Of a DNA stretch of 64,000 nucleotides, positions 25,280-39,069 are shown one piece after another. The notes below the pieces were generated by a model, which was given only the letters and a program-made list of their open reading frames with translations, made no database searches and was not told the origin of the DNA. The position numbers and the translations under genes are program-made. The first letter of the stretch is position 1, and every line of letters starts with the position of its first letter. The stretch spans positions 5,332,001 through 5,396,000 of the forward strand of contig OZ024753.1 in NCBI GenBank assembly GCA_964016885.1. The letters run 5' to 3'. Source of the DNA: Eledone cirrhosa. Taxonomy: Eukaryota.

Positions 25280-25835
25280 TGTATCACCATTATCATCGTT
25301 TTACATCCATTTTTCCATGCTAGTATGGGTTAGACTAGTTGTTCTATTGTGGGCAATGTTAGGTTAGGTGACCATGTCTTGCTCATACAGAACTGATTTT
25401 GGCTTGTTTTCTAAAGCTGGATGCCCTTCAAAGATGTTCCAACAGTGGTCATACTCTCATTTTCTTTTCAAGTATTCTGGAAATAATACATAGTCTTCTC
25501 TCCTGCACAGCAACTCGGATTCCCCTTAAACCCAGTTTTTCCATCAGCTCATTCAAGCTCTGCTTTTCTCTCACAGTTACATTGCACATCCAATGAAACA
25601 TGGTTGCTTCATCTCTCTCCAGTCTATATATCTCCTCTGCAGTCATAGCCCATGTTTCGCTACCATGCAGCATTGCACACCACACACAGGCATCATACAG
25701 CCTTCCTTTTGTATGTAGAGAGAAACCTTTTGTTATCAACAGTAGGAGTAGTTCTCTAAATTTCTTCCATCCTATCCTTATTCTAGCTATTATACTCTCG
25801 GCACATCCTTCTCCGCTGCTAATTAGGTCACCTAA
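25280..25835 (-). mobile_element. RTE LINE fragment (post-RT region and tail)
   Basis: YLGDLISSG..IARIRIGWKKFRELL..GRLYDACV..AMLHGSETW. Confidence 0.85.
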
Positions 25836-28338
25836 ATATATATATATATATATAAACAGTTGTAATGATACTGATTGTCTGTCTGTATGCAGGCGATGCA
25901 TTTCCACAGTTTCCATCCCATTTTGTTCAAATTTGATACATAGATTATTTAGCTCCCGGAGCATATCAACATATAGTTTAAATCTTGCTCTTTTCTAAAA
26001 TAGCAGAGTTTTGGGGGCTATTTAAAGACAGACGAGAGAGGGGGATTTTATTTACAGTGGTGAAAGGTGTGCCTGGCAATGATGGGTTCTTTTTCTAGAG
26101 TATAATAAGCATCCTTTTAGCCTTGCTATGAGATTTTTTGAATAAACTGAACATGTCACAGCTATCTCAGCAAAAAAAGGGACATATGTAAGTATTGCTT
26201 GTAGGGCAGCTCTAATTTACTGAATTCATCATCATCATCGTTTTTACATCCGTTTTTCCACACTTGCATCATTTAACCCTTTAGTATTTACATTATTCTA
26301 TATTTATTATTATATTTTCATGGTAAAGGCTTTACCTCACATAATTATCTCACATTTTGCCTTTCATCCTTACGGGGTCGATAAAATAAAGTACCAGTAA
26401 TGCACTGGGTAATTGCTGGCCTTGTGCCTAAAGTAGAAACAATTATATTGAATCTATGAGATTTTGATGCTTTCCAGCATAGTTACGTCCCTTTACGATC
26501 TGAGTTCAAATTCCGCCGAGGTTGACTTTGCCTTTCATCCTTACGGGGTCGATAAAATAAAGTACCAGTAATGCACTGGGTAATTGCTGGCCTTGTGCCA
26601 AAAAGTAGAAACAATTATATTGAATCTATGAGATTTTGATATTATTTATTTTGAGAACAATACCTTAATATTGGTATGAGTGGCCGGTTACAGCCAGTTT
26701 GAACAGAAAGAGGTGAGAGAATTCTGGCCGGATATGGCTGGTTTAAATGCTAAAGGGTTAAAGAAAAATAGGAAGCATGCAATCATGAAAAGCTGCCTAA
26801 TTTGCTACTTGTAGCCAAATCTAGCAGCCAACACTGAGCAACACATACCAACCAATTGATAGTTAAGTGGTTATTACTACTTGATTGCTGATAGCAGAAT
26901 ATGAACCACTAAAACTTTCAGCTAGTAGTCTAACATCCTATCATCTCAGCCATCTGTCACTTTAGTACTCACTACAAGAGTGGCATCATCGCTATTATAT
27001 ATTATTTTATTATACAGGTGGATTGGCAGTATCAAGTTACAGCTCTTGACGATCCGAGTTCAAATCCTGCAAAGGTTAACTTTGCTTTCATCCTTATGGG
27101 GTAGATAAAATAAATAATGCACTGGGGTAATTGCTGGCCTTGTGCCAAAAGAAGAAACAAATATTTTATTATATAGGTTGACAACAGATGGACGATCAGA
27201 GTGACAGAGTGGACACCAAGAAAATGGACAAGATCAACTTTACAGTGTGTACTGGGTGCTTTTTATTGTGGCACCAAAACAACAACTTTACAGTGTGGAC
27301 TGGATGCTTTTTGTCATGGCACCAAAACGACCACTTTACAGTGTGGACTGGATGCTTTTTGTCCATGCCTCATAACGACCACCTTATAGTGTGGACTGGG
27401 TGCTATATTTGACAAGCTTCAGCAGTTTCCATCAGTCAAATTTTACTTACATCACATTGATCAACCCAAAGTTATAGTATAAGACACTTGCTAAAGGTGC
27501 TGTTCTGTGGGAGTGGACCCAAAATCATGTGGTTGTGAAACAAAGTACGCCTACATGTATTTTGAATGGAGTTTTTTTTTTTTCACATTTTGAGTTATTT
27601 AACCCTTTAGCATTCATATTACTCTATATATATACCATTGTATTTTCACGGTAAAGGCTTAATCTCACATAATATCGAATCTAGGAAATTTTGATATTTA
27701 TTTTGAGAATAATACATTAACATCAGTATGACTAGCCGGTTATGACTGGTTTGAAAAGAAAAGGGGAGAGAATTCTGGCTGGATACAGCCAGTTTAAATG
27801 CTAATGGGTTAAGTCACCTTAAATAACCTCATTAGTGCTAGTTTTCATGATGAAATGCACCCAGTACTCTTTGTAAAGTGGTTGACATATCAATGTAGAT
27901 AACATAAGTGTAGGGATCAGAGAGGATACTTTAGTCCTGGTGAAAACTGGGTAAAAACTGTGACATTCTCTCAACAAACTGTCCAACATGGAAACAGCTT
28001 GTGATGTCATTCTATGTAATTCATATTATGGAATATTTATTATTATTGGCAGTAATTGGTAGAATGCTGGACAATATGCTTTGTGGCATTGAGTTACTGC
28101 CCTTTTCGTTCTGAGTTCAAATCCCACTGAGGTTAGATTTGCCTTTCATCCTTACAGGGTAGATAAAATCAAGTCCGAGTCATGCACTGGAGTCAATTTA
28201 ATCAACTTTCCCCTCTCCCCAAATTGCTGACCTTGTGCCTACAGTAGAAATCATTATTATTATTTAATTATTTGATTAAACATAATTATTAAATTATGCT
28301 GTTAATGTTGCATTTGTTTTTTGTTCTAATTCTTTCAA

Positions 28339-30205
28339 TCATCATCATCATCATCATTGTCTAACGTCCGTATTCCACGCTTGCATGGGTTTGGACGGGA
28401 GTTTTCCCACTTGAGGCAAGAGTGGTTGTCTTGCTCGCATAGGACTGTCTGGCGGGTTTTATACTCTGGCGGGTTTTATACCCCTCCTAACACCAACCAC
28501 ATTTACAGTGTGGAACTGGGAGGTTTTTACCGTGTTACCTACACGCCCACATTACAGCGTGGACTGTGTGTTTTTTTGTCGTGACACCTACACGACCTCA
28601 TTTGTTTTGGGCTGGATGTTGTGGTACCAACATAACTTTACATTGAAAGGGGTGGTGTGGATGGGGTGGGGGTAGTAGGATGGGGGTGTATTTTGTTAGA
28701 GGTGCCTACTGACTGTAGTAGGTTTCACTTTGCACTTAGGTAAGGCGGGTCTTCTCTATTACTGTGTAGCGCCAAAGATCTCGGTCCAGTGACATTGTCT
28801 TGGAGAGGTGTAAGTGTGTGAGGTCGGAATTTATCAAGTCGTCCCAGGTTTTTCTGAGTCTGCCTACTCCGTGGCTACCGTCTATTTTTATTGCCCTGCA
28901 CTTTTTTATACAGCTGTCGTCTTTCATGCGCATCACGTGACCATACCAACGTAGTCTTCTCTTGAGTAAACAACATCTGATCCCTCTTATTTCTAATTTC
29001 TCCCTTAGTTTGTTTATGCTTTGCCGTTCACGTATATTACTATTACACATCCAGCGGAGCATGCAAGCTTCGTTTCTCTCCAGTCTGCATATATCCTCTG
29101 CACACAATGCCCAGGTCTCACTGCCATGTAACATTGCTGTTCGCATGCAGGCATCATACAGTCTGCCTTTCATTTTTAGAGAGAACCCTTTAGTGGCCAA
29201 TAGTGGTATAAGCTCTCTGAACTTTTTCCATCCCGTTCTGACTCTAGCTACTGTACTTTCAGAGCACCCTCCCCCACTGCTGATTTTGTCACCCAGGTAA
29301 CGGAAGCTGTCCAATATTTCTATAGAACCATCTGTGCAATGGAATGAGTTAGTATTCTGTGGGCACTTGCTGCTACTTATTGCACCAGAGCACCGGCCAC
29401 ATATAAAATCTATATTCTTAGTTAGCTTACCTGTGATCCCACTACATCTTTTATGTACGCATACTTTGCATTTGGGACATAAAATGGAGTTTCTACCTAC
29501 TCCTTTCCTACACACTGAGCATGGCCATTTCCCAGATGGGACCGGTGCCCTATTTTCCTTCCTATAAACTAGAACTTTAGTCTTAGACAAGTTAACTTTA
29601 AGGCCTTTTGATTCTAGGCCATGCTTCCATGTTTGGAATTTCTTCTCTAGTTCAGCCATTGATTCAGCTGAGCATTAGATCATCTGCATATAGGAGTTCC
29701 CATGGGCAGCCGGTCTTGAACTCCTCTGTTATAGCCTGAAGGGCAATAATAAATAGTAGGGGGCTAAGGACGGAGCCCTGATGAACACCAACTTTTACGC
29801 TAAACTCTTCACTATATTCGTTGTTAATTCTAACCTTGCTGACTGTTTCTTTATACATGGCTTGTATAGCTCTCACAAGCCATTCACCAACACCTAGTTT
29901 TCTAAGGGCCCACCAGATAATCGAGCAGGGTACTCTGTCAAAGGCTTTCTCCAAGTCAACAAAAGCTAAGTATAGGGGTTTACTTTTAGCTAGGTACTTC
30001 TCCTGTAGTTGTCGTACAATGAAAAGAGCGTCTGTTGTACTTTTACCTGACACAAACCCGAACTGCATTTCATCTAGATCAATTCGCTCTCTGATTAGTT
30101 TCGCTATTACTTTTTCTGTGACCTTCATGACCTTGTCAATTAATTTAATGCCTCTATAGTTTCCCTTATCTAGGGCATCACCTTTACCCTTGTAGTAGTT
30201 AATGA
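28339..30205 (-). mobile_element. 5'-truncated RTE-clade LINE: RT domain, internal Cys-rich finger, 3' UTR, (GAT)n tail; frameshift near 29660
   Basis: QFGF..GKSTTDA, FVDLEKAFDRVP, GVHQGSVLSPLLF, LLYADDL, FRYLG, RRLRWYGHVMR. Confidence 0.93.
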
Positions 30206-30309
30206 TATATAGACAACAATATAGACAACAAATGCTTTTGTTGTTTTCATATGTGGCTATTGTGTTTTTGCTCTAATTCTCTACTAAAGGTAATAAACTA
30301 GATTGATTT

Positions 30310-30535
30310 CAATTGACTGAGGACTGTATAGTACAGATAGATGTAGGACATTACTAATGTACAAACCTAAAATATCCAAAATTAACTGAGGGCTGTATAA
30401 CACAGACTGATGTAGGACAGTACTAATGTGACAAACCTAAAATATCTAAAAATGACTGAGGACTGTATAGCACAGACAGATGTACGACACAACTGAGTAC
30501 TAAAGTGAAAAACCTAAAATATCTAAAATTAGAAA
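30310..30535. repeat. ~71-bp tandem repeat x3
   Basis: ctgaggactgtatag..gatgtaggaca..actaatgt..aaacctaaaatatc units. Confidence 0.75.
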
Positions 30536-30869
30536 AAGGCGTTAGCAAAAGTCTCCCAAAAAAACATTCCGGAAATAATAGTAGACAGAAAATACCAAAC
30601 ACATGGCAATAGTTCTTAAGAAAACAATCCACCACACAGTTCTTCTAAAATGACCATTACTATATCCAGCACAGAGTTAAGTGGAGGGGGAGTGGAAGGG
30701 GAGATCTGATGTATAGTTTAGCAGTTTATTAACTCTTAATACCAAATCATACTGCGACTATTCCCATTTCTCCGATACAAAGCTGTTTGTTTTTTAAGTG
30801 CTTTCATTTTTCTAAAAATCATCCCATCATAATTTTATGTCAGAACTTTTGTTAAGTTATATTCTGAAT

Positions 30870-31050
30870 ACCAAGTGGAGACTTCCAGCATTCTTGGCTC
30901 CTGGATCACATCCTTGTTCACTGCTATCGTATCAGAGTTGGCTGCCTGCAGGTGTGAGCCCTGTGATGTGAAGTGGCTTTTCCAGTGCATTTCTCTTGCC
31001 GTCCTCCAGGGTAATGTCTTCTCCATCCTGTCAGCCGAGACCACAAGACA
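30870..31050 (+). mobile_element. CRE-clade LINE 3' fragment (related inverted piece at 62400-62650)
   Basis: VETS.ILG...WLFQCISLAVLQGNVFSIL resembles the QR.S.A..RGNA..IL C-terminus of CRE elements. Confidence 0.65.
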
Positions 31051-31999
31051 GACAACATATTAGGGAAGGAGTAGGTTGGCAGTCTTTAGAAAAAAGGTTA
31101 ATAATGCTGACACACACTCACATACATTAACAGTATGATTCTAAATAGTTTATTTCTGGGTTCCTTCAGACAGATATTTCCCTTTCCTTCTCTATCTCAA
31201 GAATAGAGTTTTGTTAAAGAATAATGCAACATGCCTTAACCCTTTAGCATTTAAACCGGCCATATCCGGCCAGAATTCTCTCACCTCTTTCTATTCAAAT
31301 TGGTCATAACTTACCACTCATACTATTGTTAGATATTGTTCTTAAAATAAATAATATCAAAATCTTGTAGATACGATATTATGTCAGATAAAGCCTATAC
31401 CATGAAAATACAATAGAGTAATGTAAATGCTAAAGTGTTAAATAGATTATTACTATGTTGTATAATGAGATTGTTAGTTACACTACTAAATTCCTAGGTG
31501 CATTTTATTGTAGCACCAACACTAAGGAGGTTGTCATGTCTTTGACAAAAATGAAGAGACTCCCGACCTTTTCTTTAGCATGTATAAGGGGCAGTTTAGA
31601 AAATGAATTAAATGAAACATTCCAATACTTTGTTACTGAATGACTGTAGTGTGTGTGTATCTAGGAGAGGCCTGCTGACAGTACTTATAAGCCTCTAAGG
31701 TTTATTATGAACCAACAATGACCCCCTCTACCAGTAGCACTACCAGGCCAGAGTTGAAAGTTGTCCAAAGTCACAGAATACCCTATTCTGAAGACTTTCA
31801 GTCTTCAGAATAGGGTATTCTGTTGATCTTCATTGACACCTGAAGTACCCCATCCCAAGGACATCATCAACCGTACCCCCTCATAACTCTCTATGATGAT
31901 AAATCCTCTATTAGTTCTGATAATGTTCATTCAGTGCAGGGTTGAACTTTCACCTGCTGAGGCCCTAAGATATATGAAATTTGGTATCTTTTTCGCCCA

Positions 32000-32290
32000 C
32001 TTATTCCTGAGAGGGTCATGGGGGAAGAGTCCTCAAACACTCCCTCCTGTGGGTCCTGTCAGAAGCAACCATCTCCAACTGATCTAGCTGGATCCCCAAG
32101 CGTGACCAGCCAAGCTCATATATGTTATCCAACTATCTTGCCAGAAGTCTACCCCTGGGTCTCCTATAATAATAATAAAGTCTGTCCAGTGATTTTTTCC
32201 TGAGACATTCTAACCACATGCCCATAGTATCGGAGCTGTGATCTCTCAATTTGGAGAAGTAGCAGCTCTACCAGGAAATTTGGTATCCTA
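32000..32290 (+). repeat. Dispersed unclassified repeat (copies at 4620-4780, 9300-9510, 37645-38150)
   Basis: Shared ctgtcagaagcaaccatctccaactgatctagctggatcccc segment. Confidence 0.65.
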
Positions 32291-34824
32291 CAAAAAATAC
32301 GTTTCATGTGATTTGAGTATAACACAATACCTGTTTCTGAAGCTTAAAAAAATGAGAATAACTTACATCATTGTATATAATGTCATAGATGCCAAAATAC
32401 AGCCATATCTGTGTAATCTTTTTTGTAAAGTTATCTCATGTTACCTATCACAATCTCAAATTCACACATAAATTTTACTACAATATTCAGTATTTTGTGA
32501 TGTTAAAAGAATGTAAAACAATTAGCTGTTTAGCATTTTCTAAACAATTGTTTACAATATGCAGCTGCAATCTTGCCATTTGAAACAGCTATTTTAAAGT
32601 TCAGTAAAAATTTCTGAAAACATGTATTTGTGTAAAATAGTTGTTTCTAATATAGGCAGAAGGCCAGCAATTTCGGGGGAAGGGAAAGTACAAGAGTTGA
32701 CTAAAAAGTATATAGACAGACCAAGGTACTCTCGGAATGACCAAATGAGTTGTTTTTTTTAAACACAGTCCCTGGAAAGAAACAAAGCTGTTATTAATAA
32801 GAGTTGAAATTAATGCATGCAATATTTCACAGATCTAGCATTATTCCTTCATAGATAGCCTATAAATTTTTCAGCCGACCCACGTATATGTGTGTGTCTG
32901 TATATATATATATAGTGAAAACAAAGTGTGGTCATTAGAAAACGTTCTATATAGATCACCAGGTGCGCTTTTCGAATCCTTTTTTTTTAAATAATTTTCC
33001 TTATATGTATATAAGGAAAATCATGGAAATATAAGTGTCAGCTGAAAAGTTCATAGGCCAACTATGAAGAAGTAATGCTAGAGCTGTGAAATCTTGCATG
33101 CATTAATTTCAACTTTTCTTAATAACTGCATTGTTTCTTTCCAGGGACGTAATCCATCACATAATTTAACCCTTTAGCATTTAAACCAGCCATAACCGGC
33201 CACTCACACTTATATTTAGGTACTGTTCTTAAAATAAATAATATCAAAATCTCGTAGATGTGATATTATGTGAGATAATTATGTGAAATAAAGTATGAAA
33301 ATATAATAGTAAATATAGAGTAATGTAAATGCTAAAGGGTTAACATCTCTGTTTGGTCCTCTTTAGCAAGCATCCAGGCCACATCACCAGTTTGAGGGTA
33401 CATCCCCACCCCCTACCAATCTTAAAAGCTCCTGATAAGAGGTTATGGGCACTACTTTTCCTCTTCACTAAGTAATAGAAGAAAAAAGAAAACCTTTGGA
33501 AGGTTTTTTTTTGGTGGAGGTCTCTCCCACCAAATGGAAATAGGAAAACATTACAACCAAGATATGTTTCACAACTCAACCAATCATTAATTATATAAGA
33601 ACAATTTCTCATATAAACACAAAGCCATACAGTTTTCAAGGGAAAGGGTTGCATAGTAGATTAAAGTGACCCCATTATATAACTAATACTTACTTTATCA
33701 ACTCCAGATGGATGAAATATAAAGTAAATGAACCTCCTCCTGGGATTTGAACTTAGTATGTAAAGAGATGTAACTAAATACCTCAAGATTTGACACACTA
33801 TAGTTTCTAACATTCCCATCTTTTTCCTTTTCAATTAAATAAATAATGGTTTCTGATTTATGCACAAGGCCAACAATTTTTTTTTGGGGGGGGGTCAATT
33901 AAATTAACCCTGTAAGGATGACAGGCAAAGCTAACCTTGGTAGGATTTGAACCCAGAATGTAAAGGCCTATAACTCTAAACGGAAAAGCATGGTGTTCAA
34001 CACTCTAACGATACTGCCAATAATAATAATAATGATTTCTACTATAGGTACAAGGCCAACAATTTTGGGAGAAGGGACAGTTGATTAAATTAATCCCAGT
34101 GCATTACTGGTGCTCTATTTTATCGACCCCATAAGGATGAAAGGCAAAGTTAACCTGGCGGGATTTGAACTCAGAACATAAATGACCATAACTCCTATGC
34201 TGCAAAGCCTGGTGTCTGACGCTCTACTCATACTGCCAAACCACCAATAATAAATCACTTTGACACAAAGCCATCAATTAGTAGACGAAGAGGAGGAGGA
34301 GAATGTAGCAGAGAACATAAATCAAATAAACAACAAAATATGATTGGTTAGAGATGAAAAGCAAAAAAAAATATAATAAATAATCAACACTGCACTACTG
34401 TAATCAGTGGGAACACTATCTAATTAGTTAGTGTCCTTTATGACATTTGACTGAGTTGGTACAGAAGCAGACCACCAATCAATAGGTTATTTGTTCTCAT
34501 TTTACAACCAGTGTCATGGTGGGTCTTTAAGAAAGAAACTTGGTTCTTAACAGCCCCATCTGTCAATATATGAAATATATATATATATATATTACGAGTT
34601 GAAATGTCAAAGAAGTTTTAACTTGTTGACTGCTGTGTGTAATTTGCACAGCTAGAGTTGCTGTGCCAGGTTTTTTTTCAATTAAATGACTATTTTTTAA
34701 AACAAACATTTATTAACAATACATATCTGAATGATTGGCAAACATCACATCAATAAACTAGTAACCCCATCTAGCTTTAAAGTTATGAACTGTTGGAAAC
34801 AAGTTCACGACTTTGAAGTTATGA

Positions 34825-35350
34825 TGGGTTGTCCTGTTGTGGGCAATGCCAGGTCAGGTGACCATGTTTTGCTCATACAGAAGTGATTTTGGCTTGATTT
34901 CTACAGCTAGATTCCCTTCCTAACATCAACCTCATTTATTGTGAGAACTGGGTGCTTTTTACCATGGCACCTTCACGACCACTTTACAGTGGGAGGGGGT
35001 GGCATACTATCTATCTGCTTCAGCTTGTACTCATGGGAAGTCGGGTCTTCTGTATTACTGCGAAACGCCAGAGGTCTCGGTCCTATGTCTTTTTTGATAG
35101 GTGCAATTGGGCAAGATCAGCGTTTATCACCTCATCCCAGGTTTTCTTGAGTCTCTCTACTTCAAGGCGTCCGTCGACTTTTAGTGCTCAGTACCTTTTT
35201 ATGCAGCTGTCATCCTTCATACGCATTACATGCCCCTACTAATATAATCTCCTCTCCTGCACACAGCATTTGATTCCTCTTATGCTTAGTCTCTCTCTCA
35301 ATTCGTTTATGCTTTGCCGTTCACGTATATTACTATTACACATCCATCAG
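34825..35350 (-). mobile_element. RTE LINE 3' fragment (related + strand pieces at 22227-22570, 49655-50160, 59556-59800)
   Basis: Matches the C-terminal coding end and UTR of the 28339-30205 element. Confidence 0.75.
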
Positions 35351-35688
35351 TGCATATCTCACATAATATCAAATCTATGAGATTCTGATATCATTTACTT
35401 TGAGAACAATACCTTAACATTGTTATGAGTGGCTGATTATGGCCAGTTTGAACAGAAAAATGTGAGAAAATTCTGGCTGGATATGGCCAGTTTAAATCCT
35501 AAAGGGTTAATCTTTTTGATACCAAACCACCTGGAATTGCCCCTTGGTTTATGATACAAAACTGTTTGTTTTAAAATGTTTATGAAAAGATCTGAATATA
35601 ATCCGACTCCCATTTTATGTCTGAGAAATGGGCAAAAATCGAAACCCTGGTTATAAGCTGAGGCAGCTAATCAACACATTGTTTAGAT

Positions 35689-35845
35689 CAGCAGTCACCA
35701 ACTGGTGGTCCGAGAGAAAATTTTGGTGGTCCACAAAAAAATGTTAACGTATTTATCTTTTTAAAAAAAATTCATATTAGTGGTCTGCGAGATTTAAAAT
35801 TATGAATTTAGTGGTCCAAGAGGTCCAAAAGGTTGACGACCGCTG
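35689..35845. mobile_element. hAT (Charlie-like) MITE with perfect 8-bp TSD
   Basis: GTTTAGAT duplicated at 35681-35688 and 35846-35853; CAG...CTG termini. Confidence 0.88.
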
Positions 35846-37200
35846 GTTTAGATGGTGTATATAAGCCAACCCCATACCCATTTAAACCATAGATTCTATA
35901 TTATGTGAGATGATTATTTTACCATGAAAATATAATAGTAAATATAGAGTAATGTGAATGCTAAAGGGTTAACAATCTTTAGTTAGCTAGAATAGTTACA
36001 TGAATTAGTTAACAAGTTTGATAACAACTTATTAAAACAGATGGTTAGCCTGCAACTTAGTAAATTAATTCACTTTTTTTTTGTTTTTGCTTTTATATAT
36101 ACTCTCCTATCTGAGTGTTGTATGAGTATGAATTGTTAGTTATTGAGGCTGTCTTCTTTTCTTTTGTTTTTAATTTTATTTGGTCGGAGGAGGGCATTCC
36201 AAGTTGTTTATAACAATATGGAAAAGGTAAATGAACTCTTTGTAAGAAAAAAAATAAAAATTCTAATCATCGACATCCTCATTATGTTTGTGGTTGGGGG
36301 GAGGGGTAGTGATGGCATTGGTGTTAGTAGTGATGGTGGTGATGTTGGTGTTGTTGTTGGTGGTGGCAGTGTTACATTAAAAAATATTTCAAAATTTGTA
36401 AATAATATTAAAAAAGACAGGAAAGTAAAAGGGTGATGGATTTTTTACTATAATTCTTCTCAATGGCCTCACTAGTTTGATTAGCTCATTCTCAATAATG
36501 AACCACTTCATTCCATTCCTAAGAACTTTTTATTCTCTTCTTTGTAAATAGTGTATCATACTTTTTTCCTTTATGAACATTTTTTATATTTCAAATATTC
36601 AGTTGTCACCCGGTATTCATGGGGTTGCATTCCTAGAGCATCCGCGAAGAGTGAAAAACCACAAATATTGGACATGGTCCATAAAAATGCCTTTAAACAT
36701 CAAAACATAATGTAAAATACAGGCTGGCAAATACGGTATATTGTTGTTAATAATTTAGCATTAAAAAGCATGAAAAAGTATATATTGCCATGAAAAGAGC
36801 CATAAAAAATCGTGGAAGATATTTACATTCTGCAAATATGCGGTGGTTTCCACAAACAATTATTAGTTAGGTTCTAAGAAAAATTCCATAGCATTATAGA
36901 GTGACAATATATAAGACACAAATTGGTAGAGATTTTAGAACAGCAAATGATATGCTTCACAGTATTTGTTCCTACTCTCAGTACTTTGAGTTCAAATCCT
37001 GAGGTCAACTTTGTCTTTCATTCTTTCCAGGTCAATAAATAAAGTACCCATCTTGTACTAGAGTTGATTCTTCCTCTTTCACTTTCTCTCTCTCTGGAAT
37101 ATATCAGCTGGATACAAACCTAGAGGGGGCTGGGTTCCACCAAGACACTGTTTCTCACTATGGTGTCCCTACAGTTCCATCAGGAGTTTAGGGCTCCACA

Positions 37201-37538
37201 TGGAGGCACATGGCTTAGTGGTTACAGCATTGTCCTTGCAAACGAAAGGTTGTGAGTTCAATTCTCAGACCGGGTGATGTGTTGTTTCCTTGAGCAAGAC
37301 ACTTTATTTCACATTGCTCCAGTTTACTCAGCTGTAGAAATGAGATGATAGAGACTGGGGTCCATATCATTCCACTGCAAAGTGGTCGTGGAGGTGCCAC
37401 GGCCAAAAAAGCACCCAGCACTCACTGTAAATGAGGTTGGTGTTAGGAAGGGCATCCAGCTGGAGAAACTGAGCCAGAATCAGTTCCCGTCCCACCCTTG
37501 CAAGCAGGGAAAAGCGGACGTAAAATGATGATGATGAT
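37201..37538 (+). mobile_element. tRNA-headed CORE-type SINE with RTE-derived 3' tail (copies at 8505-8790, 22028-22225)
   Basis: Box A TGGCTTAGTGG, box B GAGTTCAATTC, core TTGAGCAAGACACTT, tail GGTGTTAGGAAGGGCATCCAGCTG...(GAT)n. Confidence 0.85.
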
Positions 37539-38770
37539 ATACACATGTACATCTTCTTTATCCACTTATCTTGGTAGGGTTCCAAAATGATGATGATGAT
37601 ATACACATGTACCATCTTCTTCTTTATCCACTTATCTTGGTAGGGTTGTGGGGGCAGAGTCCTCAAACACTCTTTTTAGCAGGTTCTGTCAGAAGCAACC
37701 ATCTCCAATAGATCTAGCTGGATCCCCAAGTATTAGCTCATGAATGTTATCCAACCATCTTGCTCATGGTCTACTTCTGGGTCTCCCACTGGTTGGTTTA
37801 GCTCATAAAATCTGCCCAGCAATTCTTTTTTGAGATATTCTAACCACATGCCCATAGTATCAGAGCTGTGATCTCTCAATTCAGAGAAGTAGCGACTCTA
37901 CCTGGAGAGACTCTCTGATCTCCAAGCTATGTACTCTATTGAGTAATGTTACTCCAAAGACCCTTCGAAGAAAGCCCATTTTAGCCACATATCTGTAGTA
38001 TCAGCAATCTCTCACTCCAAGTTACATACTCTATCAAGTAACGTTACTCCAAAGAGCCTTTGGAGGAAGCCCATTCTAGCCACATGTCCCTAGTATCAGA
38101 GCTGTGATCACTCAATTCAGAGAAGTAGCAGCTCTCTGATCTCCAAGAAAATCTTTTAAATGCTTGGAGCTTCAAAAGAATTTAATCTAGATTTGCCTGG
38201 AATTACAAAAGGTAAGGTAAGTTGACCTCAACTGAATTTTAACTGAAAATGCAAGGAGCCAAAATAGGAATAAATACCACCGACTATTTCATTGTATGCT
38301 CTAATGCTTCTGCTAATTTGCCACTTAAAAAAAGAGAAAGCTTTAATATAATAACTATAGTGAAAATATCTCTTGTTTTTCTTTCGTCCCAAGTGAGACC
38401 TGATTAAACAAACCTATGATTAAAGACATTCCAGCTGTCACTGTAAAGCTTTTATTTGATATATTTATTTACTCTCCTTTTTATTCAAACATACCCCAGT
38501 ATCTAAGCTGACATTCTCCAATGTGTTCTGCTATTTTTAGGAGAGGACAACAAGACTTGATAAAAATTTGGCTGCTATTAGCAGATCAAGCACAATGTGC
38601 CTCAATCAGAAACCATTATTGGGTTACATTAAACGGCAACATAGTAACAGAATCATTAGAACATTGGATAAAATGCTTTGCAGCATTTAATTACAACCCT
38701 TTATGTTATGAGTTCAAATTCTGCTGAGGTCAAATTTGGCATTCATCCATCTGTGGTCAGTAAACTAAAG

Positions 38771-39069
38771 CAGAGCTCCCCAACCACCGAGCAGCAGACT
38801 GGTACCAATCCGTGGATCATTTACAACCGAGCCGCAAATAAATAATTAACTTGTTTAAAATTATATAATAGATAAATTGAATGTTGGACTTTAATTTAAA
38901 AAGATTTGTTTAAATATTTAATATTTATCTACTTTAATAAATTGCTCTTTTTATTATTGCTCTCTTTATCGAAATGCACTTAAATAACACATATGTGCAA
39001 CTATCGGTCTGTGGAAAGATTGTCCGACATGAAGCCAGTTCGTGGTATAAAAAAGGCTGGAGCCCACTG
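38771..39069. mobile_element. hAT MITE nested in a SINE
   Basis: TSD AACTAAAG at 38763-38770 and 39070-39077; the SINE resumes (...TAAAG|TACCAG) across the insertion. Confidence 0.85.
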
